NCBI GenBank assembly: GCA_017499595.2
Contig: CM039010.1
Coordinates: forward strand, 434,001 to 498,000
Direction of reading: 5' to 3'
DNA length: 64,000 nucleotides
Source: Psilocybe cubensis
Lineage: Eukaryota
Below, piece by piece: positions 23,801 through 37,394 of the stretch (position 1 is the first letter of the stretch; each line of letters starts with the position of its first letter). The notes beneath the pieces are model-generated. The model had not been told where the DNA came from, did no database searches, and saw only the letters and a list, made by a program, of their open reading frames with translations. The position numbers and the translations under genes were made by a program.

Positions 23801-26800
23801 TCTTGCAATGACTTCTTTGGGTGTCACTATTGATCATGCAATTAATAATGGCAATGGTCCTTATGTTTTCAAGGTCCAAGGAAAGCTTTCACATCAAGCT
23901 GGCTCTTTACTACTGGCAGAAGGAGAATCACCAATATATGCACAGCTATATATTCATGATCCTGCAGATGCACTTCATCATTGCATAAATCATTAGGCTA
24001 ATTCTGGCCTGGATTGCAATACAATGAGTATTCTTCAAGATATGCCATATTGTCAATATAGTGGAGTGCAGCTATATAAGCAGGCTTATGAGCTTACCCA
24101 TAATTTGCCGCTTCATGAACAACATACTATTGCCCTTCAATATGATTGTGAATCAGATCAAAGACACTATAATCTTCCTACCAATGGAGCATCAAATGAA
24201 ATTGCTGTATTGCTACCTGGAAATAGTAAAAATATACATTCTAATGAAAGGAATATTATTTTGAGACGTAGAGCAGGTAAAGGCCCAGAGCAGATTAGTG
24301 CATGTCATCCTCTCTACCTACCTCTTCATTATGTCCTATTATTTCCTACTGGCCAATTAGGCTGGCATCCGTCTATTCTTTTCCAAGGTGGTAAAGAGGT
24401 TGATGATGTTCAACCTGCTGTTCAACAAGCTCAGAATAACAATTTGGATGAAGATGCCCCCCCTGAAAATGTTTCCAAAAAATGCAAATATGTGTCTCAA
24501 ACAGAATATTTCCGCTACTATGCACATCCATATTCTATTGAATATGGAAGTCAACATATTTTTAAAGCAGGAAAGCTTTTGCAGGAGTTTTTAGTTGAAT
24601 GTTAGGCAGCTTCTGAGCAAAGTTGTTTGAGCTGGGTTAGACATAATCAACGACTATTTTGTTGTGATTCACGGCGTGGCTTAATGGATGCTATTATAGC
24701 AAATCCAGATGCAGATGGTGCTGATTTGGGCCAGCGTACAATTCTTCCTTCTTCTTTTGCTGGAAGTCTACACAACATGATTCAAAATTGTCAGAATGCT
24801 TTAGCTATAAACCGCTACTATCATGGTGCCGATTTATTTATTACTGCTACAGCCAATCCAAACTGGCCTGAAATCAAAGAAGCACTTCTTTCTGGCCAAC
24901 AGGCTTTAGACCATCCAGATTTAGTTGTTTGGGTATTTCGTGCAAAAATGAAGGAAATGCTCAAAGATATATATGAAAAGGGAATTATGGAACATATAGT
25001 AGCCAGTGTATGGACAACTGAATTTCAAAACGTGGGCTACCTCATATGCATTTGATTGTTTTTCTGCATCCGGATGACAAGCTACGCATACTTGAAGACA
25101 TTGATAGTGTTATATCAGCTGAATTTCCAGATGAAAATAAAGAACCAGAACTCTTCAAATTAGTGAAAAATTTCATGGTCCATACACCCTATGATGATCC
25201 TCTTCTTCCTGGACAAAAATCTCCTTAATGTCATATTAGCAGCAAATGCTCTAAGTGCTTTCCTAAAGTCTTCCATGATCAAACTACTGTCAATAATGAT
25301 TCTTATGCAAATTTGCAGAGACATGACATAAGAAAGGAGTATGAACTTCCAAATGGCAAGAAAGTTGATAATCGTTGGGTTGTAGCACACTGCCATTATC
25401 TGATCTGGAAATTCCGCTGCCACATTAATGTTGAATCAATTGCATCTATTAAAGCCATCAAGTATATCTATAAATATGTCTACAAGGGTCATGATTGTGC
25501 AACTGTAGAATTAGGAAGAGCTCAAGATGAGATTAAACTCTATCTAGATGCATATTATGTATCTGCATGTGAAGCACTATGGTGTATTTTCCACTTTTCA
25601 ATGCACCAGGAATCTCCACCAGTTGTCAGACTTTAAGTTCACTTACCAAATAAAGAAATGGTTGTGTGGAATAAAGATGATGCACCAGATGCTCAAGTTA
25701 TATTGGACAGGACTGCAGGGCAAGATACAACATTAACAGCTTATTTTAAAGCCAACTAAAAATTTAATAAGGCAAAACAAACACTATATCAGGATTTTCC
25801 ATCAAAATTTGTATGGAAGGCTAAAGAACGTAGATAGGATATTCAAAAACAACAATTTTCTATTGGGTGTATATATTATGCACATCCCGGTTCTGGAGAA
25901 AGATTCTATCTGCGGACTCTTCTTACATGTTTAAAAGGTGCAATCTTCTTTCAAGACCTTTGAACAGTAAATGGAATAGTCTGTGATACCTTTTGGGATG
26001 CATGTATTCAATATGGTCTTTTAGAAGATGATAATGAATGGAAGCAGTGCTTAGAAGAAGCTGGGCATATGGCCAGTGGCCAACAACTCCATAATCTGTT
26101 TGTGACTATTTTAAGAGACTGTATTCCATCTAATCCTGGAGCATTATGGCTTTCTTTTAGAGATAAAATTTGTGATGATCTTTGGCATGCACTTATCTCA
26201 CATAACATATATTAAGCTCCAATTAAAGAGGATGTATATGATTATGGGCTCTATCTTATTAATCAACTTCTTCAAAGCACAAATAAGTCACTTATTGACT
26301 TTCCAGGAATGCCTCTGCCTCAACAAGATTAGGCTACTGCTATTGTAAATCCATTAATTGCTGAATAGAAGAATTACAATTGGAATAGTCAATCAGCCCT
26401 GGCACAACAGCATATTCTTACTCTAAACCATGGATAGCGTTGGGCATTTGATGCAATTATAGAAGCAGTTGAAAACAAGAATGGCCAATGTTTTTTCCTT
26501 CATGGTCCAGGTGGTACAGGAAAAACATATATTTATAACACAATATGCTACTTTCTTTGTGGCCAAGGAAAAATTGTTCTTTGTGTAGCTTCTTCTGGAA
26601 TTGCATTACTGCTTCTTATTGGGAGACGTACAGCACACTCTATGTTTAAAATTCCCATCAAAATTCACAATGAATCAACATATTCTATTCCTTGAAATTC
26701 TCATTTGGCTGATCTAATTTGCATAACTGATTTGATTATCTGGAATAAAGCACCTATGCAGCACATAAAGCTGTTGATTGTACATTTCAAGATATTTGCC

Positions 26801-28051
26801 AGTGCAATAAACCATTTGGTGGACTGTCAATTGTTTTTGGAGGGGACTTTAAGCAGATTCTACCAGTTATTGTTAAAGGTTCCAGGCCTCAGATTGTTAG
26901 TGCATGCATGCAATACTCTTCTTTAGTATAGAAACACATCAAAGTTTTTAAACTTACAGAAAATATGCACCTGAATACTGGAAGACCTAAAGAGCAAGAA
27001 TTTGCTCAATGGTAGCTGGACATTGGATTAGGCAAACATACAGATGATTCTGATAATATAAATCTTCCTAATCATTTCAAATGCTCTAAAAACACAATCC
27101 CCTCACTTATAGAGACTATTTATCCTGGAATCCATTGACCTACCATAAAGATCACTACTTTGCTGAATGTACAATTCTCTGTAGTTGGAATAATGACATT
27201 GATGATATCAACCAACTTATTCTCAACAAGTTTCCTGGAGAAGAAAAAGTTTTCCACAGTGCTGATACTATTCTCAATAATCAAGGTCATGGTGAAGAAG
27301 GTGTTTTAATGTATTCTGTTGAATATCTCAACACTATCAATTGTTCCGGCCTTCCTTTGGCTAAATTAAAGCTCAAAATAGGATGTCTTGTTATGATTTT
27401 GCGCAATCTCAATGCAAGTGAAGGTGTTTGCAATGGGTCTAGAGGAATTATTACACAAATTGCCAACCATGTTTTAGAAGTCCGTCTATTAACTGGAGAT
27501 AAAGCTGGGGAGACTGTTTTTATTCCACGTATTAGTATTACGCCAACTGATACACAAGTCCCATTTGAATTTTGCCGACACCAATTTCCTATCAAGTTGG
27601 CATTTGCCATGACAATCAATAAAGCCCAAGGACAATCAGTTTTACATGTTGGACTTAATCTTATTTCATCACCTTTTGCCCATGGTCAACTTTATGTAGC
27701 AATTTCACGAGTCACATCAGTACATAACATTAAAGCAATATGGGATTCTTGTTTGGGAGAAAATGCTTCAACAAAAAATACAGTTTATCCAGAAGTTCTG
27801 TCTATTGATCTCAATAATAATTAAATTAAACTATCCTTTTGTATTTATTCGAAAAGTACATAATTTCTCTATGTAATAAATATCAATACTATGTGCATTA
27901 TATGCAAAATATCTTGGCAACTCAGTACGGAGGCGCAAGGCGCCGACTGCGGGGTCGAGGGGCGCAGCCCCCGCGAGCTGTGGCCCGTCAGCGAAGCAAG
28001 TGGGTGAGCGAAGCGAACCCCACGGCGCGTAGCGACGGGTCATAAAGCTCG
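20886..28051 (+). mobile_element. Full-length Helitron (rolling-circle transposon), inactivated
   Basis: 5' TCTATATATTAAG. GC-rich 3' stem (CCCGTC 27984-27989 / GACGGG 28034-28039) about 10 nt before the terminal CTCG, followed by host T. Internal Rep/helicase coding remnants. Confidence 0.9.
22970..27824 (+). pseudogene. Helitron Rep (HUH/Y2)-PIF1 helicase, many premature stops and frameshifts
   Basis: Zn-finger CSHCGA..W..E...CCFNG; ILPSSFAGS; DLFITATANPNWPEI; EFQ(K)RGLPHMH (frameshifted at ~25030); KYIYKYVYKG; GERFYLRTLL; Walker A GPGGTGKT; RTAHSMFKIP; GGDFKQILPV; QFPIKLAFAMTINKAQGQS; HGQLYVAISRV; TKNTVYPEVL. Confidence 0.95.
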
Positions 28052-28617
28052 TTCCACGGGATTGACGAGGCAGTTTTTCTCGAATAAATCAATAGTCGAG
28101 AACATGATAATGGCACTGTGTCAACGTCCATTGACTCAGCTTGCTATACTATTGGTACAATCTTGAGCCAGAGGTTTACAAGTTTTTCGCCCTCCTATTT
28201 TTCACAGAGGACCAATCTGGGACTTTCGTCTGCAGAAATAGAAAATGACTCTGACCGAGTAGACGACATATCTCTGACACATAGCTATAGACACCACCTG
28301 TCCTGAATAAAGGGCGCAAAGAACCCGAATAACATCGGAAAGTAACAAGGAAGGTCAAAGTTATTTACATAAAACTCTACATTGGACAAACAGTCTGAAA
28401 TATACGATTGAATGGTTCCAGAACAAGAGATCTACAGATTGGTGGTACAGAAGATATACAGTGAAGAGCAAAGAAAGCAAGTTCGGGATTTCCGGGACAT
28501 GACGTCCGAGGGATGGAGAAGAGGAAAAGGTCGACTGGATCGAGATGAAGACAAACACGAGTCAAAAAATACAAGGCAAGAAGAGCCGACAATGTCGAAT
28601 ATCTATACTGAGATACT

Positions 28618-30799
28618 CTATAGATTGACGTATAGTCCAGCCTCCTTTCTCTTCTTCGTCATAGCTGCATGAATGTTGGATGGTTAGCATATCTCCTCCG
28701 ACATCCTCGAATACACATACCAGCAATGATTGCACTTCCAACGCCACTGCCATCCTCAGCGTGATGGGTAATGATTTTTCTGATTACCACATTCAATTAC
28801 ATGCACATAGAGCGATAGATGTTGCAACAATAACTCACCGTCCTCGCTCTCCAAAGATATCTACGAGTCCCTCGTGTATCCTGTCCGCGAAGCCAGGGTA
28901 TTTCTTTTAGGAAATGCCTGAGTATTCCGTCCCACCCCGCGTAACCAGGTGAAATATCTTACGTTGTACAATGAACCATCAGCGCCAACAGAGCACCCTT
29001 CATCTAGGTATCCCATCTTGCTCACAATGGCAGCAATGCCACAGGCGCTTAGCCGTGCGGCGCGTCGGCCAATCAACTTCGCAAGCGCGCGGAAGAACTG
29101 GCGTTCTGCCAGGGTCGTCTCCACGGCGAAAAAGTGTGTGAATATTCCGATGATCATAAGCAGCTCGTCTGTCGGGTCACTGGAGTCGTACACGATATCA
29201 GCATACAGACCCCAGTGAGAATCGGCGTTGCGTACCTTTCCATGAGAGAAAGGAAGGCAGTGTCAAAAACGTATGGCTTCTCGAGTTTGTAAGTATTTTG
29301 ACCGAGGAACAGAACACCCTCATCGATGAGCTCGCAAATGACGAGGCGGAGAATTTCTCCCAGATATCGTCCAGAAATTAATTTCTAGTGACTAATTTCA
29401 GACGACTAAACGTATCGACAAAGGACCCTTTACCTCAAATGCTTGCTCTCCAGGTTTATTCGACGTTTCATCAACGATAATGTCATACTTTGTTCGTGGA
29501 AGATGTTCGTGCTCAAAGGAATCAAAAGCACCCTGGAACGGCGATGAGAAAGGGATAATTTTGAGTTGAACTATAGAAAAGATTACCCATTCACAATTGA
29601 TAGCCATATCCGCCGACTCATCGATGCCTAGATTGGCAATTTTTGGGATGTCCTTAACATGTTCCATGTAGGCAGCATTGCACCCGGTGCCAAAGATGCA
29701 CGCAATTCTCGTCTGTGAGTTGACGTAGTTTGATGCGATGAGTGTGCCAGTAGTGTCGTTTATGAGGGCCGTTAGTTCAACAGGAAGCTGATATTTTTCA
29801 AGAGAGCTACGGAACATGGCCGCCACGTCCTGGCCCTCTGTATTTGTAGCACCGAAACCTTTCGTCCACCGAATGAGAATTCCCTGATCAATGCGGTCTT
29901 GTCTAGGAAGAAAGAGGTCAATGACGGAATATAACCTGTATAGCAATACTCACGTGCATGGATACGAAAACTATTGCTGTTGTAAATAAATGCAGCTTTG
30001 TCGAGATCGATCTCAATACTCACTGTGAATCCAAGAGGAAGCTTTCTGCCATCTTTGAGAGTAGCAGCACCACCACTGTCCGCCAAACTGGTGTCCACAA
30101 AAGTCTTCAAACATTCCGCACAGAAGTCAAATAGTTCTTGGCCACTTCCATGCTTTTGCTCTTCGGTAAGCCTGTATTTTGACTGCGTGATTTCGAACTT
30201 TCCATCGCCCTGAACCGTAACGAGACAAACGCGAAGGTTTGTACCCCCTGGTAATACATCCAGTTGACTGAATTCACGAAAGAAATATGCACTCACCAAG
30301 ATCAACAGCTAGATAATCTCCCTGTTCCTCTCCTGTTGGCCAACCGAAGACAAAAGTCGGGATCATGGGCTCATTTTGGAACAAGTTAGCATTACCTCGG
30401 AAAGCAGATTCGGATACCGGGAGGCGGGGGTAATAAACATGATAATGCTCACCACAATCTGCTCTGGCTTCTCTAGTCCCAGCTCTAGAGTCTCCTTAAA
30501 AGCCTCCACAATCATGCGCATCCGTTGGGGGGTGAGAGTGAATCTACATCTAATCAGTGTATTCTTGGACGCATATGCCATCGTTGACTTACAGCATCTC
30601 GTACTTCCTTAGATGATCGGCCATCGTCCTGGAAGTGTCAAAATACAAGATCGGACTTGCGATATCCCTGGTACGAATTAACGACGCACTTCTTTGTTGC
30701 GTGAGGTAGATCCTCCTCATCCTGCGTCCTCGTATGGATCGTGAGCGTCTGGCCGGACGCCAGGGTAAGACTTCCACTTCCTCGCCTTGAGATAACCAT
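28618..30799 (-). CDS. HXK: Hexokinase, multi-exon
   Basis: PMIPTFVFGWPTG, YLAVDLGGTNLRV, PLGFTFSYPC, LIRWTKGF, ALINDTTGTL, IFGTGCNAAY, INCEWGAFD, GADGSLYNKYPGF, AEDGSGVGSAII. Stop at 28618-28620. Confidence 0.96.
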
Positions 30800-30996
30800 T
30801 GTTGGAATAGATGTAGTGGTGGTAAGAGAAAGAGATAGAAAACACAACTGTCTGTGGAGTTCAAGGGCAAGACCGATGGTCCCTAACTGAGCCCTCCCCC
30901 ATTTAGTATCGTGGGAAAATATGGAAAATGTGTTGCGCTGCTGTTGCCCCCGTTCTTTAACAGGCCCTCGACGTCGTCGCCACCGTCGCCAACGCT

Positions 30997-31525
30997 ATGA
31001 TTGGCCTTAAAAGTACTCTTAATGTAAGACTTTGCCTTTTACTTGCTTTGTCTGTCAGCTTATGTCTCTAAATGCAGTGCATAGATAACTCCGGCGCACT
31101 CGTCGTTGAGTGCGTCAACATCCTCAAGAACAAGGTCAACAATGGATGGGGCTCCGTTGGCGACGAAATCGTTGTAGTAGTCCAAAGAGCGCGTCCTATC
31201 TCTGCTGCTGCCCAGGCCTCAGTGAACGCTGTCAAAGTTCGTCGCGGTGACGTCCGACGCGCCGTGATTGTCCGCACTCGCAAGCCGGTGCGAAGACCTG
31301 ACGGAAGCTACATTCGGTTCGACGACAACGCTGCCGTGCTCTTAAACAATAAGAAGGAGATGTTGGGGACGCGTATTGGTGGAATTGTTAGCGCAGACCT
31401 GAGGTTGAAAGGGTGGGGAAAGATTGTCAGTTTGGCCCCCAGGGTGAGTTTCTGAATCGTGTTCTGCTGTATATGTCGTTACTTTTCTGACGGACCGAAT
31501 CATGTTCATCTATTAGGTTGTTTAA
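30997..31525 (+). CDS. MRPL38: Mitochondrial ribosomal protein uL14m
   Basis: [16 protein letters not shown]...VGDEIVVVV...RAVIVRTRK...[16 protein letters not shown]...GTRIGG...[10 protein letters not shown]. Two introns. Confidence 0.93.
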
Positions 31526-33750
31526 TGTATACATGGATATTTTTCAATGACAAACTTTTGCTTGAATCAACTTGGTTTTCGTTCGGAATTTGCTTTTCAC
31601 TGACTCTTAATTGTCTCCATTGGAAATGCCTCGCTCTTTTGCCTCAGTTCACTAATACATCGTCATCCTCAGGTGCTATTCTTGCCGGGTTTCTCTCGCT
31701 GTCTCGTACCGCAGTTCCGTCCCGACATATCCAACTCCACCGCCTCTTCATTCTATTCTATGAACGTTGACGCCAACATGCATTGACGTCACCCATACTG
31801 TATTCCTCTGTTCCACCAGTCTAAGTATCAATCTGTCACTATGATCCCTCCGAAATTTTATGATATTTCTATCCTCTTCAATCCAAAGAGAGGTGGTTTC
31901 ATTTCACTTTCCGTAGTTCTATTGTTTACGCAAACTTTGAAGATAATTCTCTCTCTCTTGTTCCGCCTCAATGAAACCGCACCGAAAACCACCTTACTTC
32001 GTTCACATTCCGATATCTTTTGATACTGATGCAGTTGCCTTATCTTCTACTTATCTCTGTGCTCCGTCCGTACACAGTCTCCATTGCTGTGACTGTGTCG
32101 CCCTCGTTTCCTCGGATGAAAATACTTTGATAGGAATAAGTTGCCTTTGGTACCCTAAAATCCACGGCGATCATCCGATGTTTACTTGGTTGCTTTCGGT
32201 CGAAAATTTCTTGCGGCTGAGTCGTTACAATGTAGACTTCCGGTGTACGTTGGACCTTCGTTATCTTCAGTATGAAATCACAGTATTGACATCTGTTCCG
32301 CCCGATTTTGAACCATAGCACTTAACTCTACAATACCAGTACTTGCTGTTGAATCTGGAATCAAGCATCATGCATTTGCTCTTCACAACAAGGCCGCATC
32401 AGTCGTAACACGGTATGGGGCGGACTGTGTTACCAAGTGCCAATCAGTCGATTCGGTGCGGTGTTTGCTTGGCTACGATGACAGAAATGCATATCATCAA
32501 TCAATTATCTCGGGGAAAGCCAGGCCTCCTGAGCAAATGAATGGGCCCAACTATGTTTGTGACCTTTTGCATATGCTTCGTCTCCGCAGTCGAGAGCGGA
32601 TGTGTTTTTTATTCAAGGCGTAGGTCACTCTCCAAAAGGACTGTGGGAACCATCATGTACAATTCATGAACCTTTTGTTGGTATGCTTTACCCCACACAT
32701 CATCATGTTGCTAATTTTCAGGACTTTAGGTACAGTCTATTAATGGACGTAATTGCCTCAAGTTGAACCCACAATTTATTTGAAGCGCCTCCAAAAGTGT
32801 TCTGTATGAATCTCGAATGGAGTTCTGTTACTCGTACTACGAAAGTCAAGGACGACGTATATTTGGCATTGACTCTATTACAATAACGAAATGGTTCATC
32901 AAAGGTTCGGGAGGGAATACCAAATGTAGCAAAGTCCTCCGCAAGGGCTCGGTTCTTATTCCAGGGTGATTCAGCAGTGACTCATTTCATGACATATGAT
33001 CCCGGCTGACGTTTGTACTCACGCTGAGACCAATGTTCAATCCACCAGCATCTGGGGCCTCACCTTGATCATCACATTGAACGTGATCCAATGATAGATA
33101 TTCCGAAAACCAGTATAAGCTTTTTTCAATATATCCTCAACCGACGACCCATATTTTATTCAAGGGCGGGGAATCCTCCATATGTACCTATGTCGAGGGA
33201 AAACACGCCTTTGCAACGAGGCGGTTACCATTTCCAGTCACTTGCGCTTCCTTTTCAGTAGCAGTCCCTGTCCATCGGATATTTTTCGCCTTTTGGGCCA
33301 CCAGTCCCGCCCATTGCAGTGCCTTTGCTTGTGAAAGCGAGCGATTTCGCGTATTATTAGCGCCGCTAGCCGAATTCGCGCTTGATTCTGATTGCATGCT
33401 ATCGTATCTGGCTGACGCTCAGGTATTTTAGGCGCTCAAAAGCGCTAGGAAGCTGTGTTTGCCGAGGGCATCAGGCACGAGGCTTCGGAAGGTATGCGGG
33501 ATTGGGAAGGGGTTCGTTCAATGCTCCCAAGTACTGCACATCGCTATGTTTATAAAGCGGAAGACATAGTATCTTATATCACTTTATCTCACCCACCAAC
33601 AAATAATCAGCATAATATCCTCCACTGTATCAACTATATCAACTATTGCCTGTATTCTACATTTCTATTACTATCTGCTTTATTACTAGAGTTTTGTCGT
33701 ATCGACCCTTTTCTGGTTCTCACGTTTGAACCCTCCAAACCTTTGCCATT

Positions 33751-36700
33751 ATGAAAGCTGGTAAATCTTCTGGTACCGGAAACCCTCGTGGTCGTGGAAC
33801 ATACAATCCCGCCTGCGACGTTTGCGCCAGAAAGTAAGCAGTGCCTATCATAGTCATCGCCAACAGCGTGGTAAAGTACTGAAAATCTTTAGGAAAACCA
33901 AATGCGATGGCATCAAGCCTGTTTGTCAACCATGTCGACAACAAGGTCGTCAACAAGAGGTTCGTATTGCTTCGGAATATGTATGAAGAAGCGTTGTACT
34001 GATTCCTTTTGTATCTATTAAGTGTGCATGGACGAAGAATCCAGTGCGCAAACCCCGGACGGAGCAACACTTCGAAGCCCTACACAAGCGCGCTGAGAAC
34101 CTGGCCGTCCGCAACAACGAGTATCGCAAATACGCCGACTACCTAGAATCCCTCTTAGACGAATGCTTCCAGGACTACCATTCCCATCGAACGATTGACT
34201 TTCGCGCTTCTCGACCTCAAGAAACCGATCTACCATCCAGCAGCTCGACTAACCTCGACCATGAGTTTGATGTCACCGTTGTGGGCGATGAGGACAATGA
34301 ACACGATTCGGAGAATGGTGATCCAGCGAAAGAGATATGTATACCTCCCCAGAGCCTCCAGGTACGCCCGTTAGCCCCGTAGTTTCGATGGACGTAACTC
34401 ATCTATTACGATTAGATCGAGGAAGGACGCCTTATCCACCACGGGAGAACGTCCCCTTTTATATTTTCTTCCGTAGACGTTCCCCCACAGCCTTCGCGAT
34501 TCCCTGCTCTCGCCTCCAACCCAGATGCAACATACGTGCTCGCCGTCGATGGTGTCAACGACGAGTACTGCAACCCTGACTTTGACTGGTCGCGGCATCT
34601 CCCAACTGCTGTCCCACTAGACCGAAGATCCCATGACAAGTCAGTACACATCCTCTTTCACCTCGACTATCCTCATTGACGGTACTCTTTATGTCCACAG
34701 AGCCCTCGATCTCCTGTTCAAATTCTTCACTTCTTGGTGCTTCCGCATTGTACCCGCCCTCTTCTTGAGGGATATGTACCGCGCGCTATCCGTGCCCTCT
34801 TCACAGCCTCCTCCGAAAACACCACATTACTCTCCCATGCTGCACAACGCTCTGGTGGCTTTGGCCCTGGCGTTTCTCGATGACCATAGATTCCGGGACC
34901 TCAAGGCTCGACAGTACTTTGCCAACACTGCGAAGAGTTTTATTGAAGCCGAATGCCAGAAGCCCAACCTCTGCGTTGTTCACGCGTTGTCAATACTGGC
35001 CAGCTATCACAGTTCACAGGGCGAGCAGACGCTCGGCTATATGTACTTTGGCATGAGCGCGCGTACTGCACAAGCACGTACGTATTTCCTCATATAGTTG
35101 CGTTGATAATCTAGCTGACGGTTTAATGACAGTCGGTCTAAATGTTGACTGTACAGAATGGGTCAAGCTTGGTCTAATAGACGAAGCCGATAGGCTTGAT
35201 CGTCTTTGGGCAAACTGGACCACCTTCAGCCAAGATGTCTGTTGGTCTCTGTATGTGGGCCGCGATTTCTGCGTCACACCCCCCAGCGAGGCGGAACCGG
35301 GCAAAGACATAGCTTTGCCCTTTGTTGACGCCGAATACGACCAGATGCCGTGGGTACATCCACCCTCTGGCGTCGATCCCCAGCCAAACTATCTTACAAA
35401 GACCTTCGAGGCAACATGTGAGCTGCTCTTGATATCAAGACGCATCATGGATGTCATGTAAGTGTATTATAAACATATTCCTTTTCTTTCATTCAACTCA
35501 ACTTCCATGTTTGTATAGCAATGGTCTCAACAGGGCTCGCAGCCGTCCTTTTGCGGTTGACGAATTAATTAGCGATATTGAGTTAGTTTCATTTCAATTT
35601 TCTATCTATATTTCTGTCTGACATGCACACCAGTTTGAAGCTCAATACTTGGAGAGGCAGCCTTGCTCCCGAGCTCGAAATCACTGTCAAATCTCGTCCG
35701 ACGGCCACGCCACATAAGCTCATGCTCCACCTCGCCTATTGGTGGCTCTTCATTCTCCTTCACCGCCCCTTCTTCCACCGCAAATCGCGGCCCATATACA
35801 GCACTGACAGAGAAATTGACCATGTCAAGCTTTGTCGCCGTGCAGCAGAGAACATCATGGAACTACTCGCAACATGGCGTTCTTTGTACGGCCTTCGTTA
35901 TTGTCCCATCACCCTCATACAAACCGTGTTCTCTGCTGGCACTGTCTATTTGCTGACAGCCATACAAGCTGGCTCTGGAGTCCGTGTCGCCCAGAAGGAG
36001 CTTCGCCATTCACTGGATCAACAGAAACTAGTAATGCAGTATCTTCAGGAGATTGGGCGGTCGTGGCAGTGCGCGACCAACATAGCCGGCATCTTGAACA
36101 CCCTAATGCATGACCAACTTAAGCCCCTTTTGGAACGCAAAACGATAGCTATCACATCCTCCGCTGTTGGGAGCCTGACTGTTCCTGAGTACAACGGCGA
36201 TGATGATGATGATGACCCGCCCTCCACGCTATCTCGCTCTTCTTCCAATGGTCACATCCGCAGACACTCATCTATCTCCAAGTCCAGGCCTCGTCGACTG
36301 AATCATGGCCGAAATCACTCCGCAAGTCAAGCTCCTCATTCGGATTCTACGCCTCCTCCTTCTGCGTCACCTACTATTACTATTTCCCCGGTTCATCAAT
36401 CCAATTCTTCTGCGACTGTGAGTTCTCCGATTGCGATACAGACTCCTCCGAAATCGTCCGCGTCTCCGTTTTCTTCCAGCCCTTCCAGCATCCCTGTGCC
36501 CGATCCGTGGGGTCTGCGACCCAGCAGTGTGTCTAATGGCAGCCCAAGCCCAGGTTCTAGTCCGGTATTCTCTAACTATTCACCTTCTACATTTGTGCAT
36601 CGTGCTCCACCTGTTCACAGTTTTTCGCAACAGCAATCTACATTATCTAGCCAACCAAACACGGAGGCCTCATTATTCTATGACAATCAAACCACCAACC

Positions 36701-37095
36701 CTTCTAACCACTTGTTTCACGGTCAAGGCTCTGTCTTCGCACATACTCAAGATCAAAGCGTCACCGGTGGACAGTCGTCGTCTCGCTCTCACCAATACCC
36801 TGGAAAGGAGCTCGCAGGCTTCCTCGGAATGCTGGGTGGACAGACCCTACCGCAAGCGCCTTTCGTGGGTCCGTTTAGTCTAGGCGATGTCACTGACCCC
36901 TTTGGCTCCTTCTCGTCGTCGTCGGACTCCACCGCATTCTCGCCGGACCCTGCATCCCTCACATCGTTTGGAATGGAGTTCCTCACCCAGATGAATGCGT
37001 CTTCCTCGTTGAATGGCCAATCTACGCTGGATAATGATGCTAGCATGGACGACAGCTCGTCATGGGACTTTTGGGCGCAGACGTTCGAGTCTTGA
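33751..37095 (+). CDS. Zn(II)2Cys6 transcription factor with fungal-specific TF middle domain
   Basis: Spliced ACDVCARKKTKCDGIKPVCQPCRQQGRQQEC (six Cys); YSPMLHNAL; GMSARTAQA/VGLN; DVCWSLYVGR; LLHRPF; Ser/Pro-rich region and acidic-aromatic C-terminus (DDSSSWDFW). Confidence 0.93.
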
Positions 37096-37394
37096 TGTGC
37101 CCATTCCCTTGGACTACTACTTTGTACTGCTTATTAACCACGTATGTTTTCGATCATCCGTTCTGCGGCTGATTGTCATGGACTAGACCGCTTGTTACCA
37201 TTTGTAATGGTAATTGTACTGAATCTTGGGGTTAGTTTGTAAAATCTGTGCTGCGCAATATGATTTTATTGTCCCTTTTTAGCTTGTAGGCTGATCTCTG
37301 GCTGGCTATTGACTATAGGACCCAGCCTTCCCGTTGTTTCAACATTTGCACGTTAAATCTACCTACATGTACATGAAACCATATCATCTTCAAC

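Noticed and set aside
31526-33750. Short ORFs in the 2.2-kb region upstream of the Zn2Cys6 gene
   Set aside because: No recognisable motifs or consistent exon chain; most likely UTR and promoter DNA.
6365-37095. Secondary-metabolite cluster (dehydrogenase + DHA1 transporter + Zn2Cys6 TF)
   Set aside because: No PKS, NRPS, terpene synthase, P450 or other backbone enzyme, and the genes are dispersed among housekeeping genes.
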